A stretch of 64,000 bases of DNA from positions 28,137 through 92,136 of the forward strand of contig JBBRLJ010000023.1 of NCBI GenBank assembly GCA_038231435.1, in the 5' to 3' direction. The notes under the pieces are model-generated. The model did not search any database and had not been told where the DNA came from. It worked only from the letters and a program-made list of their open reading frames with translations. The translations under genes and the position numbers were made by a program. The stretch comes from Planctomycetota bacterium. Lineage in GTDB: Bacteria; Planctomycetota; UBA11346. Every line of letters begins with the position of its first letter. Position 1 is the stretch's first letter. Below are positions 61,269 to 64,000 of this stretch, one piece after another.

Positions 61269-63823
61269 ATTCCCACCGAGGGTCCGCCTGCCGCCTGACC
61301 ACCATGACCCTGGCCATGATGGCCGCCTGCTCCTTCGCTTACGGCGAAGACGGCGGAGGCAAGCCGGCTCCCGCCGGAGGCGAGCTCGACAGCTCCGCCG
61401 ACCACCGCGGCAAGAACGAGCAGAAGGCCGAAGGCCTGTACGTCCAGGCGATGCGCGCCAAGGATGAGGGCCGCGTTGACGACGCGGTGAGCCTGATGGA
61501 TCAAGCCGTCGCGCTCCAGCCCAATAGCCAGCGCTACCGCAAGGCCTCGGAAGACATCCGCGCCATGGCGGGCGTCAACAAGGACGCTCGCAGCGTCACC
61601 ATCGACAGAGCCGCCGACGTCCTCTTCGTCAAGCAGCAGCAGCTGTGGGTCGAGGCCGAGGCCAAGGCCGACGAAGGCCAGAAGCACATGGAGGCCGGCC
61701 AGTACGACGAGGCCGAGCGCGATTTCCAGATGGCGGCCACCCGCCTCGAGACCCTGCCCTTCGCCGATGACCGCAAGGAGCCGGAGCTGCGCCGCGTCCA
61801 GGGCCTGCGTAACGAGGCGCAGACCCGCCGCGAAGCCGCCGAGCAGCAGACCGCCGCCGACCGCAACCAGGCAGCTTCCAGCCGCCAGCAGGAGCTGCGG
61901 GACATGAGCCTGCAGATCGAGCGCGACCGCATCGACGCGATGCTCAATCGTGCCGAGCGCGCGCGCGAACGCCGCGATTTCGACGAGGCGATCCTGCTCT
62001 GCGAGCAGGTGCTCAAGATCAACCGCGCCGAGGACCGTGCCAGCAGCCTGCTGGTCAAGTGCCGCCGCGAGCGCCACGTCTACCTGCGCCAGATGACCGC
62101 CGACCGCTGGGACGAGGAGCACAAGCTGCTCAGCGAGCAGATCCGCACCGCGATGCTGCCGCAGATGGAGATCCTCCGCTATACCGCCGATTGGGCCGAA
62201 CTCGACGCGCGGCGCACCGCGCCCACGCGCGGCCTCGAGGAGGAGAACGAGACCTGGCGCAAGACCGTCAACGACCAGCTCGAGCAGGAGGTCACGCTCG
62301 ACTTCCAGGACAGCGATCTCGCCGATGTCGTGCAGTTCCTGCAGCGCATCACCAGCGTCAACATCGTGCTCGATCCTCAGGTCATCGCCACGAGCCCGCC
62401 GCCGGTGACGCTCAAGGTCGACCGCATGAAGTTGCGCTACGTGCTCGACTTCATCATGCGCCTGAGCGGCCTCAACTACGTACTGCGCGACGAGGCCATC
62501 TTCATCTCGAACAACGAGGGCGTGCGCGGCGACGTGTACATGAAGCTGTACGACGTGCGCGATCTCACGCACGCCATGCAGAGCTTCCCCGGACCGGATC
62601 TCGACATTCCCGAACCGGGCGGCCAGGGCGCCAAGTTGCTGCCCCCGGTCGAGCCAGAGAGCAAGCCCGAGACCGGCGAGTTCATCGACATCATCAAGAA
62701 GGTCGTGACTCCGAACCTGTGGACCCGCGAGGGCACCGGCATCGAGGAGTACAACGGTGCGATGGTCATCACCCAGACTGGCGACGTGCACAAGCAGGTC
62801 GAAGAACTGCTACGCGCGCTGCGCAACCAGAAGGGCACGCAGATCCATGTGAAGGTGCGGTTCCTCGAGGTCGAGAACGCAGCGCTCGAGGAGATCGGCG
62901 TCGACTGGAACAACTACACCGGCCCGCGCGCGGCTGGAGCGCTCGGCCGTCCGCCGCTACCGCAGCAGAACCCGGCCTCGACCAGCACCCTGGGTGCGTA
63001 CTACGGCGACCGTCCGAACAACGTGATCACCGCCGCCGCGCTGAACAACCAGTTGCAGCCGTACCAGACGGCGAATTCGCTGACGTACCTGAACAACGGC
63101 ACGCAGGGGATGAACTTCCAGACCCAGACCTGGCAGGTGAATTCGAACTGGTACGCCTCGGCGGTGCTGCACGCCGTCGAGCAGGAGCGCCGCGGCAACG
63201 TGGTGTTCGAGCCCGATCTGACGATGTTCAATGGCCAGCAGGGCCACATCGTGCATATGAACCAGCAGTCCTACATCGCCGACTACGACGTCGTCCAGGG
63301 CCAGTACGATCCGATCATCACGGTGCTGTCGTACGGCACCGTGCTCGACGTGCAGGCCATTGCCTCGGCGGACAAGAAGTACATCACGCTCACCCTGCGG
63401 CCGACCAATGCCCAGGTGGTGCGCTGGCGCCGCTTCGGTCCGCTGAACACCGGCAGCTTTCCAGGCGGCCCGGTGGTGGCCGGCGGCAATCCGCCGGTCG
63501 GCGCGAACAACCAGCCCGGCGTGCAGCAGCCGCCCAACCAGGCTGCCCCGGCCGTGGCGAACAACAACCCGCTGCTGATCCCCGAGCTGAAGTACGAATC
63601 CGTGCGCACCTCGGTGACCATCCCCGACGGCGGATCGCTGGTGATCGCCGGCATGACCAACGGCGAAAGCGCGCGCTCGCACTCGGGCATCCCGTTCCTG
63701 AGCCACATCCCGTTCCTCGGGCGGTTGTTCAGCACCAACGGCCGCCAGGAGACAGAAAAGCGCACGCTCATCATCGTCGAAGCCGACGTGGTGCTGTTCG
63801 AGGAGATCGAGAAGAACTTGTAG
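61265..63823 (+). CDS. Secretin paralogue 3
   Basis: Same architecture; SVTIPDGGSLVIAG and GIPFLSHIPFLGRLFS; GTGA overlap with paralogue 2. Confidence 0.9.
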   Translation: MNSHRGSACRLTTMTLAMMAACSFAYGEDGGGKPAPAGGELDSSADHRGKNEQKAEGLYVQAMRAKDEGRVDDAVSLMDQAVALQPNSQRYRKASEDIRAMAGVNKDARSVTIDRAADVLFVKQQQLWVEAEAKADEGQKHMEAGQYDEAERDFQMAATRLETLPFADDRKEPELRRVQGLRNEAQTRREAAEQQTAADRNQAASSRQQELRDMSLQIERDRIDAMLNRAERARERRDFDEAILLCEQVLKINRAEDRASSLLVKCRRERHVYLRQMTADRWDEEHKLLSEQIRTAMLPQMEILRYTADWAELDARRTAPTRGLEEENETWRKTVNDQLEQEVTLDFQDSDLADVVQFLQRITSVNIVLDPQVIATSPPPVTLKVDRMKLRYVLDFIMRLSGLNYVLRDEAIFISNNEGVRGDVYMKLYDVRDLTHAMQSFPGPDLDIPEPGGQGAKLLPPVEPESKPETGEFIDIIKKVVTPNLWTREGTGIEEYNGAMVITQTGDVHKQVEELLRALRNQKGTQIHVKVRFLEVENAALEEIGVDWNNYTGPRAAGALGRPPLPQQNPASTSTLGAYYGDRPNNVITAAALNNQLQPYQTANSLTYLNNGTQGMNFQTQTWQVNSNWYASAVLHAVEQERRGNVVFEPDLTMFNGQQGHIVHMNQQSYIADYDVVQGQYDPIITVLSYGTVLDVQAIASADKKYITLTLRPTNAQVVRWRRFGPLNTGSFPGGPVVAGGNPPVGANNQPGVQQPPNQAAPAVANNNPLLIPELKYESVRTSVTIPDGGSLVIAGMTNGESARSHSGIPFLSHIPFLGRLFSTNGRQETEKRTLIIVEADVVLFEEIEKNL

Positions 63824-63826
63824 TTT

Positions 63827-64000
63827 CAGGGGCTCTGCCCCTACGGTCCGGTGGGCCTACCCCCCGGGCTTTGTCGGAGCTCGATGTGGCCGGCGGCGAC
63901 GCCGGCCACATCGTCGGCGGATCGGCTCCGCCGATTGTATCCGCCGACCGCCCCTCGGCGCCCGGCTGTTTTCATTCAGGGGCTGTGCCCCTACGGCCCG
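63827..64000 (+). repeat. Structured dispersed repeat, copy D1 (63827-63964) and start of D2 (63977 to window end)
   Basis: Core with variant hairpin CGATGTGGCCGGC...GCCGGCCACATCG, 3 bp after the secretin 3 stop. Confidence 0.93.

Overview
High-GC bacterial chromosomal window, most consistent with Planctomycetota (inferred from the PilM-PilN fusion, planctomycete-style secretins, exported HEAT-repeat proteins and a CGxG-type C-terminal anchor). It holds about 48 protein genes and one tRNA-Ser(TGA). Housekeeping and metabolic genes include ispE, an RluA-family synthase, rimO, alaA, pgi, xylB/ppa/xylA, kdsA, tsaA, dnaG-rpoD and a wecA-like gene with an O-antigen-ligase-like partner. The most unusual items are: (1) a dispersed ~130-160 bp multi-stem repeat (7 full or near-full copies plus 1 fragment at the window edge) whose stems covary strongly between copies while junction bases stay invariant; (2) a pilMN/pilO-like operon ending in three tandem, translationally coupled secretin paralogues with long TPR/helical N-termini; (3) an exported HEAT/TPR protein with an Asp-less receiver domain; (4) an XRE-HTH protein with seven AT-hook-like cores beside an AT-rich island; (5) a stand-alone ketoreductase of fungal/mycobacterial FAS-I type; (6) a PGI resembling plant cytosolic PgiC; (7) a degenerate HisG-like protein; (8) a four-helix-bundle gene in a hairpin/short-repeat cassette. 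All calls are by eye from motifs; no searches were run.
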